64,000 bases of DNA from Anthoceros angustus (taxonomy: Eukaryota; Plantae; Anthocerotophyta). The position numbers were made by a program, and so were the translations under genes. Within the stretch, counting starts at the first letter, position 1, and each line of letters begins with the position of its first letter. Location of the stretch: the NCBI GenBank assembly GCA_010909165.1, contig VJWM01000218.1:248001-312000 (forward strand), read 5' to 3'. The notes beneath the pieces were generated by a model. That model made no database searches. It saw only the letters and a list, made by a program, of their open reading frames with translations, and was not told the origin of the DNA. Shown here piece after piece: positions 1 through 13,385 of the stretch.

Positions 1-254
1 AAATTGAAGATCCGAAGGCATAGAACCTTTTGAGGATAAAGTGAAGATTGACAAGGCATGGTACATCTTGGGTGACATGCGTTCTTAAGCTATATGGAAT
101 GAGCCAATGGTTGGGAAGATATTTTCACATTCGAATCGAGGTGAAGATAAGGGATGTTATCCAATTACAAGCTCATTATATTGGCGCTTTGAGTGCAGTG
201 CTACTGTGATTACATGTGCGAGGAGTTAATCTTATATATATTGGCTACTTGGAG

Positions 255-500
255 GCTAGGCCCTAGATGTTACTGAGTGTTATGCCCTAGGTGTTGCGTT
301 TGAATGCTAGGCCCTAGATGTTGGTGAGTGTTATGCCCTAGGTGTTGCGGTGATCTGGGCCCTAGATGTTGCGATTCGATGTTATGCCCTAGATGTTGCG
401 GTTGAGTGTTATGCCCTAGGTGTTGCGGTGAATGCTAGGCCCTAGATGTTGCGGTTGAGTGTTATGCCCTAGGTGTTGCGGTTGCTAGGCCCTAGATGTT
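255..500. repeat. Minisatellite, ~25-27 bp units (GCCCTAGRTGTTGCGG core) alternating as ~52 bp dimers
   Basis: About ten copies of gccctag(a/g)tgttgcg separated by ttgagtgttat or tgaatgctag spacers. Confidence 0.85.
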
Positions 501-749
501 TGCGATTGATTGATGGTTGATTGATTGTGTGATTGTTGTGAGCTCTATTACATGTTCGTGAGTCCATTTTCATCTGATTCTTTGCTTATCGCTTTTCGGT
601 TGGGCTTCTTTCCTGAGGATCTCCGCCCGGCTTTGAGTCTTGAGTTCTGGTGTGGGCGTTAGTTTGGTGGTTGGCGGTGGTCACATGGGTTGCACCCCTC
701 TTGGTGGGGCCCTTTGGCCGGCCTTTTGGGGTTCGCCATAGCTCAAACT

Positions 750-3700
750 CTGTATGTCCGGTCAGTGGGGTCATTTGCCCTCGGTCCCGGTACCTCTTGA
801 CCTGTACCCTTCAAGCTGGCGTTTGCAGGCCCCGTCCCCCATCCAATGGGCGATCCACACCCTCCGTATCGAGGACACTCCTTGTCGATCATGCTCAACT
901 CTCTGCGTCAAGGGGTGAAAACTCACCTCGGGCACATGCATAAAGATTTCACCGGACTACAGGCTGCCCAAGTGCCTGCGACCTCCTCCACGTCCTGCCC
1001 GGCTTTGGCGCATAGCTTTCTCCTTGTGGTGCCTCTTTCTTCCAGGAATGGTTGCGGTCGGTGGATCACATCCTTGGGATGTTGAAACCCGCTTTCCATG
1101 TCCGCGCATCTTCCGAGCTTCCTCGGCACCTTCACGATGATGCCGTCGGCATTTCGTCTTCCCTAGATCGCCTTGCACTCGATCCGGGATGAGTTAGCTT
1201 GGTGTCTCCTCCTTCTTCTCCCGATGGTGTCTTGATTGCACTAGAGCCAGGCAAGTGAAGTTGCTAGCCGTCTTGGCGTTTGGTGGCGGTAGGCTCTTGA
1301 GGAGGCATGCGTCTTTGCCAAGTCCGGAATCACTCGGTTGGAGCAGTCTGGGTAATGCAACAAACCTCGCGCAGTTGCTTGGCAGGGTGAATATGCATGC
1401 TGCTAGGGCTCTTGACCCGTCCTCCCTCCGCTTGAAGAGACAATTGCGCCTCCTGCCTCCATCCGCCACCTAAGGATGCCATTCCCCGGACATATCCGAC
1501 TATGTCCCGGAGGATCCTTCTCCACTGGCGGCTTTTGCTCGCTCTCTCCACAACCCTCGTCTTTCATCTGCGGTTTGTCGGGAATGGTGTTCGAACACCT
1601 TAGGGACCTCTTTCTCCCGAAGATCCATCTAGCGGCTTTCGAGCTCTTTTCTCAGGCTGCTGGTGGCTCGTGGAGATGCCTCACCGGTTTATTCTTGCGG
1701 CTAGTAGGCTTGTCGCTATGGACAAGCACTTTCGGCGTCGCCCACTCGCGGTTGGGAGGCCTTCATGCGGCTACTCGGGCACTCACTGCGGTCGCTCCCT
1801 TCTCCGGACACGCCCCTTCAATTTGGCATTGCCACTCAGGCTGCAGTGCATGGTGCTAGGGGTGGCTTGCCTTGATACCCACCCGGATTGGGTAGTCTTA
1901 CGGTGGATGTCGAGAACGCCTTCAATACCATTTCGGGCGTCATCTTTGAGGAGCTTAGGGATCTTGGCGTCTAGAGTCTTATACCCTTTGTCCGGTGCTT
2001 CTACGGAGGTCCTCCAACCTCTACTACCGGCTGAAACGTCTCTTGAGTTTTCTCGTCTTGGAATCGGCCACAGTACCGAGGAGGCGACCGCTGGCGGTGC
2101 TCTCTTCGCTATTGCTCACTATAGGGCCCCTGTCAGGGCCGCCCTCTCCAGCAGCCGTGTGTCTTCCCCGTTGGCGGGATTCTCACATCCTCGGGCACAG
2201 GGACAAAGTCAAGGAGGCCTTTGAGATATTCTCTTAGAGCTTTCGTTGGTGGGCTTGAAGGTCAAGATGTCCAAGTGCAGCGTCGGTCTCCGTCGGGGAT
2301 CCGCCTACTCTGCGGTTTCTGGGAGATTGCTCGGCTCTTGATGGATTCTTGGGGTCCCCTTTGGTTCCCAGACTTCATTGGGAGCTTCTGGACAAGGCCC
2401 TTGAGGACCTCTCCCATATTGAAGACCTCCTTTCTTTGGAGGATGCTCGGGTGGCCTTTGGAATCCTTTCCTTTTTGCTAGGCGCCTGGTACCTCATCCG
2501 TCTGTGCCTCGTCTCGGTCCTTTGTCCGGCTCGGGGTTTGATCTGAAGATTATGGATACTCTTGGGGACATCCTGGGCTCAGGGGCTTTTGAGTGCCCTG
2601 GGGGCGACTGGCCCGCTGGCAAGCATCCCTGCCTGTGCAATTTGGAGGCGTAGGACTGCTCTCATCGGAGGTCTCTTCCCCGGCGGCTTTCTTGGGGAGT
2701 TGGGCCCTCTCTGCCCCTGCCTTGGCTTCCCGTTTCATCCTCCATGACAAGCCCTTTCTCGAGGATCTCGTATCAAGTGTGGAGGAGGGAACCTTCTCTC
2801 TCCAATCGTCCTTGAGGCAGGCCGAGACATGTTATCGAGATGCTCGGAAGGACTTCCTCCTTTCTCTACATTTATCAGATGGCTTTAGGGATTGCGAGGC
2901 ATCTCGCCGAGAAGCGGCTCGGCCGAGCTTTTGATCATCCTCCGGGACCCCTCCATCTCCGAGTCCACTAGGCGCTCGCTCTTGTTCAGGAAGGAGGCGG
3001 TGCTTAGCTCTTGGCCCGCCCATGCATCAGGATTTCACATCGCACCAACCACCTTCACTCTGCGATGCGATTCCGTCTCGGCCTACTCCACTGTGGCTTC
3101 TTCGCTCCTCACTTGTGAGTGCGGCTCTGCTCTTGGCGTCTCTGGTGTCCACCTTGCTCGTTGTCCCCATGGGGGTAATCGCATTGCCACTCACGACGCC
3201 ATCCGTGACGTCATGTTTGCCATTGCTCGCGAAAGTGGCTATATGGCTGGAGGGGCGGAGTATACTCTTCTTACAGTCGTTCAATCGGGCGGACTTATAC
3301 CTTGTCGTGGCGACCGAGGTTGTGGTGGCGGATGTAGTGGTTCGACCACCGTGGCGCCACCTCCGCTCAGTCATCACCAGTCCGGTGCTGCCCGTCGGTC
3401 TCAAGGTCCATAAGTATAGCGGGATGCAAGCGGGCCACCTCTTTATCCCGCTTGCTCTAAAGCGTATGGGGCAATGGGGCGAGGACTTTGACAAATTCAT
3501 CAAGTCTTGTGCCAAAGCTTACCATGCGCGAGCATAGTGCGGTCCCTCTCGTACTTCACATACTTCCGGACGGGTTTCTATTGCTCTTCAAGGGCTCTCA
3601 GCGATTCTCCATAAGGCGGCGGTGGGTGATGCCTTTTCCTCTTCCTCGTGGTTTGCGGCCGTTTATTCTACACGCATATGACATTGTGGGTGCGATTGGT

Positions 3701-3950
3701 CACTTTAGGTAGGGAGCTCAGTTGCTCCTCTTCACTCCGACCCCCGGGTCCCCATTTGTTGTCCCTTCCTAGATGGTCTCTTTCCATCGTTCTTTCACCT
3801 CGATAAATCATCTCTTTTTCAAGGAAGACGCTCTTTTAAGTGTATTATATGTTTATAAATTATTTTATTTCCTACTATTGAATGTTTTTCAATTATTTGC
3901 CAATGAATGTGTTCCCTTCAAGGAGTGATATGCCGACATGAGTTCATAAA
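750..3950 (+). mobile_element. Decayed non-LTR retrotransposon with restriction-like endonuclease (CRE-like)
   Basis: Frameshifted pieces: RT-region RRRPLAVG, PFQFGIAT, LDTHPDWVVLxVDVENAFNTI; WQASLPVQFGGVGL; zinc motif CECG...HLARCPHGGNRIATHDAIRD; RLE RADLYL..VVADVVV and FIPLALKRMGQWGEDFDKFIK; AT-rich 3' tail. Confidence 0.8.
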
Positions 3951-4166
3951 TGACCATGATAAATTAATTGTAATTTATAATAGGGATTTATGAACTACAG
4001 ATACCTCGTAACTCTACAAAGGATTTTGTTAAGAGTTAGTAGGAACTTCGGGAATCCTGCCCAATAGCTTTCACGCTTTTACTACCGCGTCGGAGTACGA
4101 ACACCGGGCACCGCGCCATCCAAGTCCTTTGTCCTGTGTGACATGGCGGACATTTTGGTGGGCCCG

Positions 4167-5021
4167 GGTGAAACGGAAACGTAGCCCGGCCATGCCTGGA
4201 CACAACTGAACAGCACAGAATTGCGGACAACCTAGCATTCCTCTTGCATATCACTGTCCCGAAGAGAAGTTTTCCTAATCGGCGCTGTGGTGGAAAAATT
4301 CCCCTTTCACAGAAAACCTAGTCACGACATGTCCTTCACCAGCAATGCAAAACACTCCTGGTGCACAACCAATGACCTCACTCTGCCAACATCAGCAGGA
4401 TGAGTGAGTCACTGAGTCAGGCTCAACAGTGTTTTCCTGCATTTCATCTCCATTTCGTCACACCTTGCACACGTGAACACCACGCAATTGCCCACCAGTA
4501 AGTTACCGGCAGTCCTCTTCCACAATTTGCGATTGCAAGAAACGTGGTCAGGCACAAGCAAGCATGCTGCCAACTGCCCCTGGACCAAGGCCCAGGTGAA
4601 ACGGAAACGTAGCCCGCCATGCCTGGACACAACTGAACAGCACAGAATTGCGGACAACCTAGCATTCCTCTTGCATATCACTGTCCCGAAGAGAAGTTTT
4701 CCTAATCGGCGCTGTGGTGGAAAAATTCCCCTTTCACAGAAAACCTAGTCACGACATGTCCTTCACCAGCAATGCAAAACACTCCTGGTGCACAACCAAT
4801 GACCTCACTCTGCCAACATCAGCAGGATGAGTGAGTCACTGAGTCAGGCTCAACAGTGTTTTCCTGCATTTCATCTCCATTTCGTCACACCTTGCACACG
4901 TGAACACCACGCAATTGCCCACCAGTAAGTTACCGGCAGTCCTCTTCCACAATTTGCGATTGCAAGAAACGTGGTCAGGCACAAGCAAGCATGCTGCCAA
5001 CTGCCCCTGGACCAAGGCCCA
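4167..5021. repeat. Near-perfect tandem duplication, 2 x ~427 bp
   Basis: ggtgaaacggaaacgtagcccg at ~4167 and ~4595; ctctgccaac at 4381 and 4808. Confidence 0.95.
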
Positions 5022-7018
5022 AGGTTGCATACTCCGCCTTCAGGGCACTATATGTGGCCTGGGGAATAAGAGAAAAGAGAGAATTCCTGCATTCTATGTG
5101 GCCTGGGGAATAAGAGAGAAAAGAGAGAATTCCAGTATCTAGCTAAACACAAGCAGGTCAGCACTTTGCCAGGCTGTCCCCATAGCTATATTTCTGGAAA
5201 ACAATGAAAATCACTTAACGCTTCGATTCTTGCAGGAGGTGAGCAACGGTTTGGTCAGTCTTAAGACAGGCAGTCATACACGATAGGTTGTGGTTTTGAG
5301 TCCAGCTGTACAATCAGCGAACGACTGTCCGGCAGGCCTCTTGCCTGATGGATGAGACTGAAATGTATGCAAGAGGCCTACAAACTGAATAACATCGGCA
5401 CAGACTACAGCAATTACCAGACTTTGCACATGATCATGGCATTGTGAAACGTAAACAGTAAGGTGATTAGTCAGCAACAGAAAGATACAGTGACCAGGCA
5501 AGCCATCAAACACATTGTGAACAGCAAACGAAAGCATGCCTTGGGCCATGCTCCTTTTCTTGCCTTCCTTCTTATAGCTGAAGGGGGCACATACACCTAG
5601 GCACAACTTGCAAGGGTCCAAGGGGCACATTTGCCCTGTGCCTCTTCCCTATCTACTGTCTCTGCTGCAGAGACCATACTTCCCAATGTGTAGCTTCCTG
5701 TAATGCAATTAGGACTCCCCCAACACATTTTTATTCACCAATCCTAACAGGCCACATCCAGTGTGACCAAGCCCAAGCTGTCAAAGGCCCTGAGCGCATC
5801 TCCCTGTTCGCCACATCTTGCATACCTGTCCACCTGGCAATTGCCAATGAACAAGTCAGGAAGAAAAGAATGTCACTGCAGAGATAGCACAGTGCATGTT
5901 TCTGCCCAATGTACGAGCTAGAAGGGCTCCTAGAAAAGCACAGGCATTCGCTCTCACAACTCATGGTACAGTTATGTGGCGTCCCGTGCTTAGCATCTGC
6001 GGACATCACCATGGTGGACACATCACACAGTTAGCCAATGACTGATGCCCATAAGTTTTGGTGTTGCTTCCTGCAGCGTCCGCTTCGTGACTTTGCACAA
6101 AATTAATCGCTACAGTGTAGGGAGTTTTCTGGAACAGCATACTAACTTACTATTCCAAGCTCCCAAGACCTTTTCCCTGATATACAGATGCTTGGGACCA
6201 ATTGTGAGCACTGATTTACTGCATCATTAATATATGCAAACTCTCCTACAGAAGCACTGTACGCCAATAGCTCATTTTGAACTCTCCTCTGGTTTTCTTA
6301 AATCAGGTGTAACAGCCAGCAAGTAGCCACCAAATCAGGCAATATAGCGCTTCTCCCCTTCAAAACCCCAGCATGGCCCTCACCCATCTACTTCAGACAA
6401 GTATACAGCCTCAGGCCGCCCACCACGAGGTCCTGAACAAAGCAAAACCCTCCAGTTATGCTGCAGAATTTCGACCAACTCTGCACCTTCTTGAGAACTG
6501 AGAGGTAACAGACAGCTAAGCCCAGCTGGAGTTTGCGTATGCAAACATGTTCACTGAGGATTGTGCGACTGCAAATAGCTGCAGCACTTGGCCACCAACA
6601 CGGAATCCCAACCCTGTAACTGGGCACATTGCTTCCCGCTCAACTTGAACCTCGCGAAAGGGCAACTTCTCCCCGTTTTTCATCCATTGGTCCCCAGTCC
6701 TATAAGATTACAACCAACATGCAAGCCCATGATAGCAGGGCATTTAGCATGGGCTGGGAAGGCCCTCGTTTCCACAGGGCAATGCTAGAAGACGTCACTG
6801 TCGCACCTGACTCGGTAACATTCTTGTGCCTACTGTAGACATGAGCTTCAATCTGACCGTATATTCATGGCGTAGACCATTCTGATCCTTGGGTGGGGCA
6901 AGGCAAGATTGGTATGAATAACAATAATAAAAGTGGCGTTCAGATAAATAGTCTAGGTACAGTTGTGTGGTGAGCTTTTACACTACTAGGTACTAGAAGT
7001 AGGCTAATGTTTGGATGA

Positions 7019-8217
7019 TCAGGTTTGGCCGAAAAGCCATGCAAAAAGAGCACAGCATCCGCCACTCTCTGCTCCTCGGTCGGTCTTCTTAACCTGTGCC
7101 AAGGAAACGAGGAACGCTCAGCTGCTTGAATTCAAGCATCGCACAATCCTGACCTAGACTCCTTGATTTCATGCGCTGCACAATCCTGATATAAACGCCC
7201 ACAAAACGAACAAAGTAAATAAACGTGAATCTCTCTTCTTACCTGATCCACAACCAGGATTGGCACAGGATTCCTGTCCAAGGACCCATCGCTGACGCGC
7301 TGCGCGGCCACGACCGTCTTGTCTTCCACCGACGTTCTCTCACCGTTTTGGCGGGGACCGTCTGTCGTATGACTAGGTGGCAGGTCCTCAGTGGGCTCGA
7401 GCGGCGAGGAGCTGGGTTCCTCGGATTCCTCCTTGCCCTTCCCACCTGAGTCGGGCTCAGCACCAACCTCAGCATGCCCATCGGGTCGCTGCTGGGTTAG
7501 CTCTGCACCCTCGCTGAAGCTCGAGAGCCGAACCCATTCTTCCGTCTGGGAATCCCCAGCTGGGGCGTCCGCCTGCGAGTACCCACCCTTCCCATCATCT
7601 GCTTGCTCCTGGGTCAGCTCTGGGCCCTCGCTGAAGCTCGAAAGCCGAACCCATTCTTCCGTCTGGGAATCCCCAGCTGGGGCGTCCGCCTGCGAGTACC
7701 CACCCTTCCCATCATCTGCTTGCTCCTGGGTCAGCTCTGGGCCCTCGCTGAAGCTCGAAAGCCGAACCCAGTCCTCCGTCTGGGAAGCAGCAGCCTGGGC
7801 ACCGAGCTGCGACTCCGCATCCTTCCCTAGCGGACTGCTGGGAGCGGAGATGTCCTCGCTGGAGTCACTGGAAGTGTCAGGGCTGGTGCTCTCAGCTGCC
7901 ATCGCGCACAGAGGATAATGAAACCTCAAAACCCCGAATGCATTATGGGCAGAGCAAGCAACCAGGTCAGGTCGAGCGCAACCCGCACCTACTCATTCCA
8001 CATTAGGAAACTCCTCCCAGGCAGCATGCAGCCCTCACAATTCAATCAGCAAACAGGAAAGCAACCAAACCAAAATTTGGATCACCAAGGAGGCAGCAAC
8101 ACCGAACCAGCTACCTGAACCCTGCGACTGCCCGTCGCTTCCATCGCTTTTGGACCCGAGCTGCTGCTGCTCCTTCAGCTTCTTGGCTCTCGCGCGCTTC
8201 TTCGGCCCAGACGGCAT
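7019..8217 (-). CDS. Uncharacterised acidic, disordered plant protein (MPSG-K-rich N-terminus, C-terminal CCxLF motif), spliced
   Basis: Exon 1 MPSGPKKRARAKKLKE from 8217; long acidic exon ends VVDQ|gtaag near 7243; last exon 7093-7019 in phase, VKKTDRGAESGGCCALFAWLFGQT*. Confidence 0.75.
7493..7787 (-). repeat. Coding tandem repeat, 117 bp (39 aa) x ~2.5
   Basis: QTE(D/E)WVRLSSFSEG(P/A)ELTQ repeated; cctcgctgaagctcg at 7509, 7626 and 7743. Confidence 0.95.
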
Positions 8218-8971
8218 GATGACAATGGCGATGGAGACAGAAGCACGTATGAAACGAATTCCGAGGGCGAGGGCGTTTCAAGCTGTCAGAATTCGGGCAA
8301 GAATGGAGACAGCCTGAGGGTGAGCGGCCGGTGGGGAAACGGCAATCGCCGCCAACCACGAGAGAGCCCAGCCAGCGCAAGCCAGCCAGCTTCGTGTTGC
8401 GTTGCTTTGCGTGCTGCTGGTAGAGAGATTGGTAGCAGACAAATTACGTACTACTGCAGAGAAGAAATGGGAAATGCAGGGTGCAACATTCACCATTTCA
8501 GGGCTGACGCTCGGCAACGGATCGGGCATGATCGAGGTCTTGCCTCCGGCTATGGACAGAAATGTAAAATAACAATGAAGACGAGCCTAGAATTAGCGCT
8601 TCAAATCGGACATTAATGTGCCCTGACACCAACAGTCGGGTTCGGGACGTAGGACTGGTGGGCCCGGTCAGGTAGCTTCTGTCCAGGACATTGACCCTTG
8701 ACGCTATGTGTGCCCGAACTTCCTCCGCCTATCCTATCCTATAATACCCATATCCTGTATTCTCTCTATCCCGATTCCCACCACTGGGTTTATCCCATCC
8801 CCACCTTTAGGGCAGCAATGTTGTGTGTTTCTCAATCCTATTCAATTGTTTTTACTGTATTCCCTTTAAGGAGTGACTCCCTTTAAGGAGTGATATTCAT
8901 CTCTGAGTTCATTGAAACTCACTATTGCTTGGATGGGGTGTCACCTATCTCAGCGTCTTGGCCCTCCGGGA

Positions 8972-9338
8972 CCACTTATTATGAATATCATGCCGGGTTG
9001 TCAGTTGTTAGGGTTACTCTATATGAAAATCCTAGTGCAAACTGGAGCCCCCTACTTGTTAGTGTATGAGGTTACTCCGTATGAAAATCCTAGTGCGAAA
9101 CTTTGATGTATGCTTCGAAATATCTATAAGGTCTTTGCATCCATTGTAGACCGGAGGGCCCACTTATTATGAATATCATGCCGGGTTGTCAGTTGTTAGG
9201 GTTACTCTATATGAAAATCCTAGTGCAAACTGGAGCCCCCTACTTGTTAGTGTATGAGGTTACTCCGTATGAAAATCCTAGTACGAAACTTTGATGTATG
9301 CTTCGAAATATCTATAAGGTCTTTGCATCCATTGTAGA
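8972..9338. repeat. Tandem duplication, 188 bp period
   Basis: ccacttattatgaatatc...ccattgtaga at 8972-9150 and 9160-9338. Confidence 0.95.
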
Positions 9339-10319
9339 GTCTCTGAATTCAGTATCAAGTCTTCAAATTCAATAAAAAAATGTTCATTGGAAATGGGTGA
9401 CGAAAGGTAACACTTCATGATTGTAAGTTTAAGCAAGTTCTAAGGTGAGGGATTCACTATGCTACGAGCTAGGATAATGAGCACGTCTCCAAAGGATCGG
9501 GTGATCTCCAACATGCGGACACTTATGAGCAGTGAGCCTTTAGTGGAAGGGAGCACTTTCTTGAGACTGGAAATCAGCTAAACCACATGCAGCTTGTTAT
9601 CCCAGAGGTTAGCTAGTAGCTAACTAGAGGTTAGTTAGTAGCTAACCCTTCGAGTCACGATGTGCGTGCAGGATCATTCTAGGCACGCCTTGAGCGGAAG
9701 GGAGCACTTTCTTGAGACCTAAAATCAGCTAGACTGGTAGTAATCATGATTGAATTTACATTGGGTTTATACAAAAAAATTTGGGCTCTTACGTTGGGTA
9801 TATGTAAATGTGGTGAGCTCAATTTTCTCGCGGGTCAAATGGGTGTAGTGCTTTATGCTTCGGATTCACTAACTCTGTTGTGGTGGGAGGTTCTCGGGAC
9901 CCCCGGAACCCTCAGCCCTGTAGCGGCCACACTTATCCCACTGTCGGTTCGTACAGTAGGTTTCGTTCCACGAAGGAGTGGGGAGCCCTTCCCGCGGATG
10001 GAGGTGCGCCTCCCCCGATCGACCTCTCCGACTCGACTCTGCAGTGCGCCTGACCCGACTAACCGCCTCCTACCCGCCCGCCTGGGTGACCCACCCTCGG
10101 TAAGTCACACTACCCTACGCCGCGATGACTCCGTCGGCGCGGACCTACGTCGCGAGAGGCACCGCCCAATCTGCAGCGGCGACCTTGGGGACCCCCCAAA
10201 TCACCGTACAGTGGGCAATCCTCCCACCAGCGCAGTTCCTACACTCCCTAAGACCCTTCTCATGACAAATTTGGGGCCGCCCCCTCAAGCTCTTGTCATA
10301 GCCCTTGAAATTCCACCTT

Positions 10320-10540
10320 CCCCTCTCTTTTCTAGGTTTCGTCCTCCTCTCTTCTCTTTTTGTCTTTTTGTCTTTTCTCTCTTGCTCCTTCCTTCTCCTC
10401 TCTTGCTCCCTATCCTCTCTAGCTCCTCTCTCGTCCTCTCTCGCTCTCACTCTCTCGCTCTCTCGCTCTCTCTCTTTTCTCTTTTCTCTCTTTTCTCCTC
10501 TCTTCTCCTCTCTTCTCTAATCTACCTCTTCCACTCTTCC
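10320..10540. repeat. CT-rich low-complexity/microsatellite tract
   Basis: Polypyrimidine (ct)n-like run. Confidence 0.8.
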
Positions 10541-10915
10541 TAGCTAACTATCAGCCCTGGGCGCCTCCTGGCCTCCCAGCAACTGCCTCAGATCATAGGG
10601 CATTGCCCTCACGGACCTAGGCCAGACATTTGGCTGCAAGTGACGTCCTGCGTGCTGGATTTTGCTAGGGGTCTTCCCTTTACCGTGCACTGCTATTGCA
10701 ACCACAATGCCTCACCGCCGAACGCTACCCACTACCTCAGAAGAAAGGTTTGGGCCCGCCCTCACCACAGTCACCGCACCTCAAGACCCTACGGACACCA
10801 TGCACCCTCACACGGTGCAAGACGCACGCTTGTGTAGCAAGACAAGCACACAGTCGAGAGCAAGGCATGACATTTTATTATGGGAGCTCCTCCCCTCTTA
10901 TAGGAGCTCCCCAAA

Positions 10916-11225
10916 CCCTAGCATTAATTAACTCGGTGGGGTAGGTGGGGTTGCTTACGGTTTTAAGTAGGTGGCCTCTTAAAGGTTCTTAACCTACCTC
11001 CTAACAATCCCACTAACCCCTAGCATTAATTAAGTGGTGGGGTGGGGTGGGGTTGCTTCGGTTTTAAGTAGGTGGCCTCTTAAAGGTTCTTAACCTACCT
11101 CTAACAATCCCACTAACCCCTAGCATTAATTAAGTGCGGTGGGGTAGGTGGGGTTGCTTCTGATTTTAAGTAGGTGGCCTCTTAAAAGGTTCTTAACCTA
11201 CCTCCTAACAATCCCACTAACCCCC
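10916..11225. repeat. Tandem repeat ~100-105 bp x3
   Basis: ccctagcattaattaa...ggggtaggtggggttgctt...aacaatcccactaacc present three times. Confidence 0.92.
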
Positions 11226-12920
11226 TAGGGGTCTTAATGACCCATTCACTCCCCTACCAACTATTTACCTACTTCTTCTTGGGTGTTGGCATGGCCAGGC
11301 GCCCAACCACCGTCTTCCTCCTCTTGGCTTGGGGACTGTCCCCTGTCCGGATCTCTTCACTCGTCGTCGCGACAAGCACAAAAGACTAAGGAATGGGGGT
11401 CAAGCCTGCTGAAGAGGCTGACTACCCACTACAGTTGATGATGAAGCCTCCTTGACGGTGGGGGAAGGCGCTGGTATCATGGATGACAAGCGCTAGGACC
11501 TTCCTGCAGGAGCTGCGTTCAGGGACGCATGTAGCTCAGAGCGCGCAACTGCATGCGTCCATGCATATTTGCATGACTACGTAGTAATATATCTATACAC
11601 ACGTAGGACATTTCACTTTCAGCATCCGTTAAATCCTCCACCAAGAATGTGGTTGCACCACATTCCTCCAGCACAACCTGCCATAGCCAAACCAAGTGGA
11701 AATAGAGAAAACATACCAATCTATACGGATCACGATGTCAAGTGTCAGATGCTAGGGGTATGAATATTCCAGGAAAGGTGTGCCCTTTAGCAATCCTCAC
11801 ATGCAAACCGGATAAATGTGAAGTGGGAATGCTTTGCTCTACGCTGCTCCATCTCCTCGTGCAGCAGATGTCGATAAGGTCTGTTGCCTAGACTCCACGG
11901 AGTTGTAGGATCAACCAACGAGTTGAGGTCACTTTTGGGAGCACCTAGAAGCCTTTCAAGGAATAAATATATTTAACAATCTCGCATTATCATGAGCTTT
12001 GTCTCGCCAAGTCGCTTGTGCTCCATGAACCAACTTTAGCGATGGTAGTGAGGGAAAAGTGTTAAGTTACGAGCTCTGTGTGAACATCTCATGCATGACA
12101 GTATGTCAGGCCGCTCATGCGTCTTATATGTGGTTGTGACTAATATGACAGACCTCGTCCTTTGCACTTCAGTTGGAAATATGGAGTAGAAACGTCGCCA
12201 TCTTAGTTTTGGCTCCCGTGTCTTTGATGTGTTTCAGCCGCTCCGTGGGAGGCCCACAGATGATTGTGGGAGACACCGTTGTTGCCGTGTCTTTCTTCTT
12301 CTTCCCATGTTCAAGAGCGAACGATGCATATGGATAAGGAGACTGGGTTGTGCGAGTAATTTCGTTTGCAAACTTCTTTCCATGAATTGTACAAGTATTG
12401 TTATATTATGTACAATTATGGTTATATTATGCACAATTATGGGTATGTCTTCAAATTTTAAAATTGAATAGGTGGTGAAAGTAATTCTCGATCTCTCTCA
12501 TGTTTGCTCGTGCATATCGCACGCGTGTATCTTGAACATCGAAAGTCTTGATACTTCCGCAACCACTTCTTAGGGGTCATGTGATTTTTTATTTCGTTGC
12601 ATTCTTTAAGCAAGTATCTGTCTATTTTCATCAAATATAAATACATCTACTTTGATTCAAGAAAATTAGCATATACCTCTAAGATAAAATATGCATAAAT
12701 TTTAATCAATATATGTATAATTATGCAAAAATTAGTATCTTTGTATGCATATATTTGATGTTGTCATCAAAAGGGTTGTCTTACTTCCAAAACTAGGTTT
12801 TGAACAAATTAATTGTAGATACATAAGAAGGTGGTGATGTTTGGCGTAATTATCAGACTTTAACACGCACAAATTCAAAATTAATTCACATGAATTGAAA
12901 AATATTATGATACTTATTTT

Positions 12921-13385
12921 TTATGGTTTTAAAGATTCTCCAATAATTGATATTTCTTTTTCATTGAATTCTACAGGTCTATATGCTAAAAAACATGATT
13001 GAGTAGCAGCTTGACCAGCTTCAGCATTTTGGCATTTTTCATCTTGAAGCCCAAGAATGTAATAAAGCTGATGAGCCAAAAAACCTAGACATTTTTGGCA
13101 CTCATCCACACTTATAGTGGGCTTGCATTGAACCCTACATATAATTGAATTATCTTGACTATATCCTTCATAAGTTTGAAAGTTTCTTGCGTCTTGTTGT
13201 TCTACATAGAATTCGGTCAATCCATACAAAGTTGTTCGCACTTGTTCATTATAGTAGGTACCTTCAGCGCCTTGAGAATGCTTACCAAAACATTCATGAA
13301 AGAATATTACATTTGAGTTCAATTGTCCATTTACACTTGTTATGTTATAAAGTATTAACATACATAGTAATATTGAGCATCTCAT
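12921..13385 (-). CDS. Cysteine-rich secreted protein with a single DUF26/Gnk2-homologous domain
   Basis: ATG at 13385 followed by a signal peptide (MRCSILLCMLILYNITSVNG); C-X8-C-X2-C motif CKPTISVDECQKC; downstream C...CFLAY; intronless. Confidence 0.85.
   Translation of the reverse strand: MRCSILLCMLILYNITSVNGQLNSNVIFFHECFGKHSQGAEGTYYNEQVRTTLYGLTEFYVEQQDARNFQTYEGYSQDNSIICRVQCKPTISVDECQKCLGFLAHQLYYILGLQDEKCQNAEAGQAATQSCFLAYRPVEFNEKEISIIGESLKP

Noticed and set aside
255-500. CRISPR-like repeat appearance (also 37296-37404)
   Set aside because: No unique spacers, no cas genes, eukaryotic context
5200-6850. Possible exons of an unknown gene
   Set aside because: No convincing motif or consistent splice model could be built
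9746-10543. 265-aa ORF
   Set aside because: No recognisable domain; the C-terminal part is a CT microsatellite
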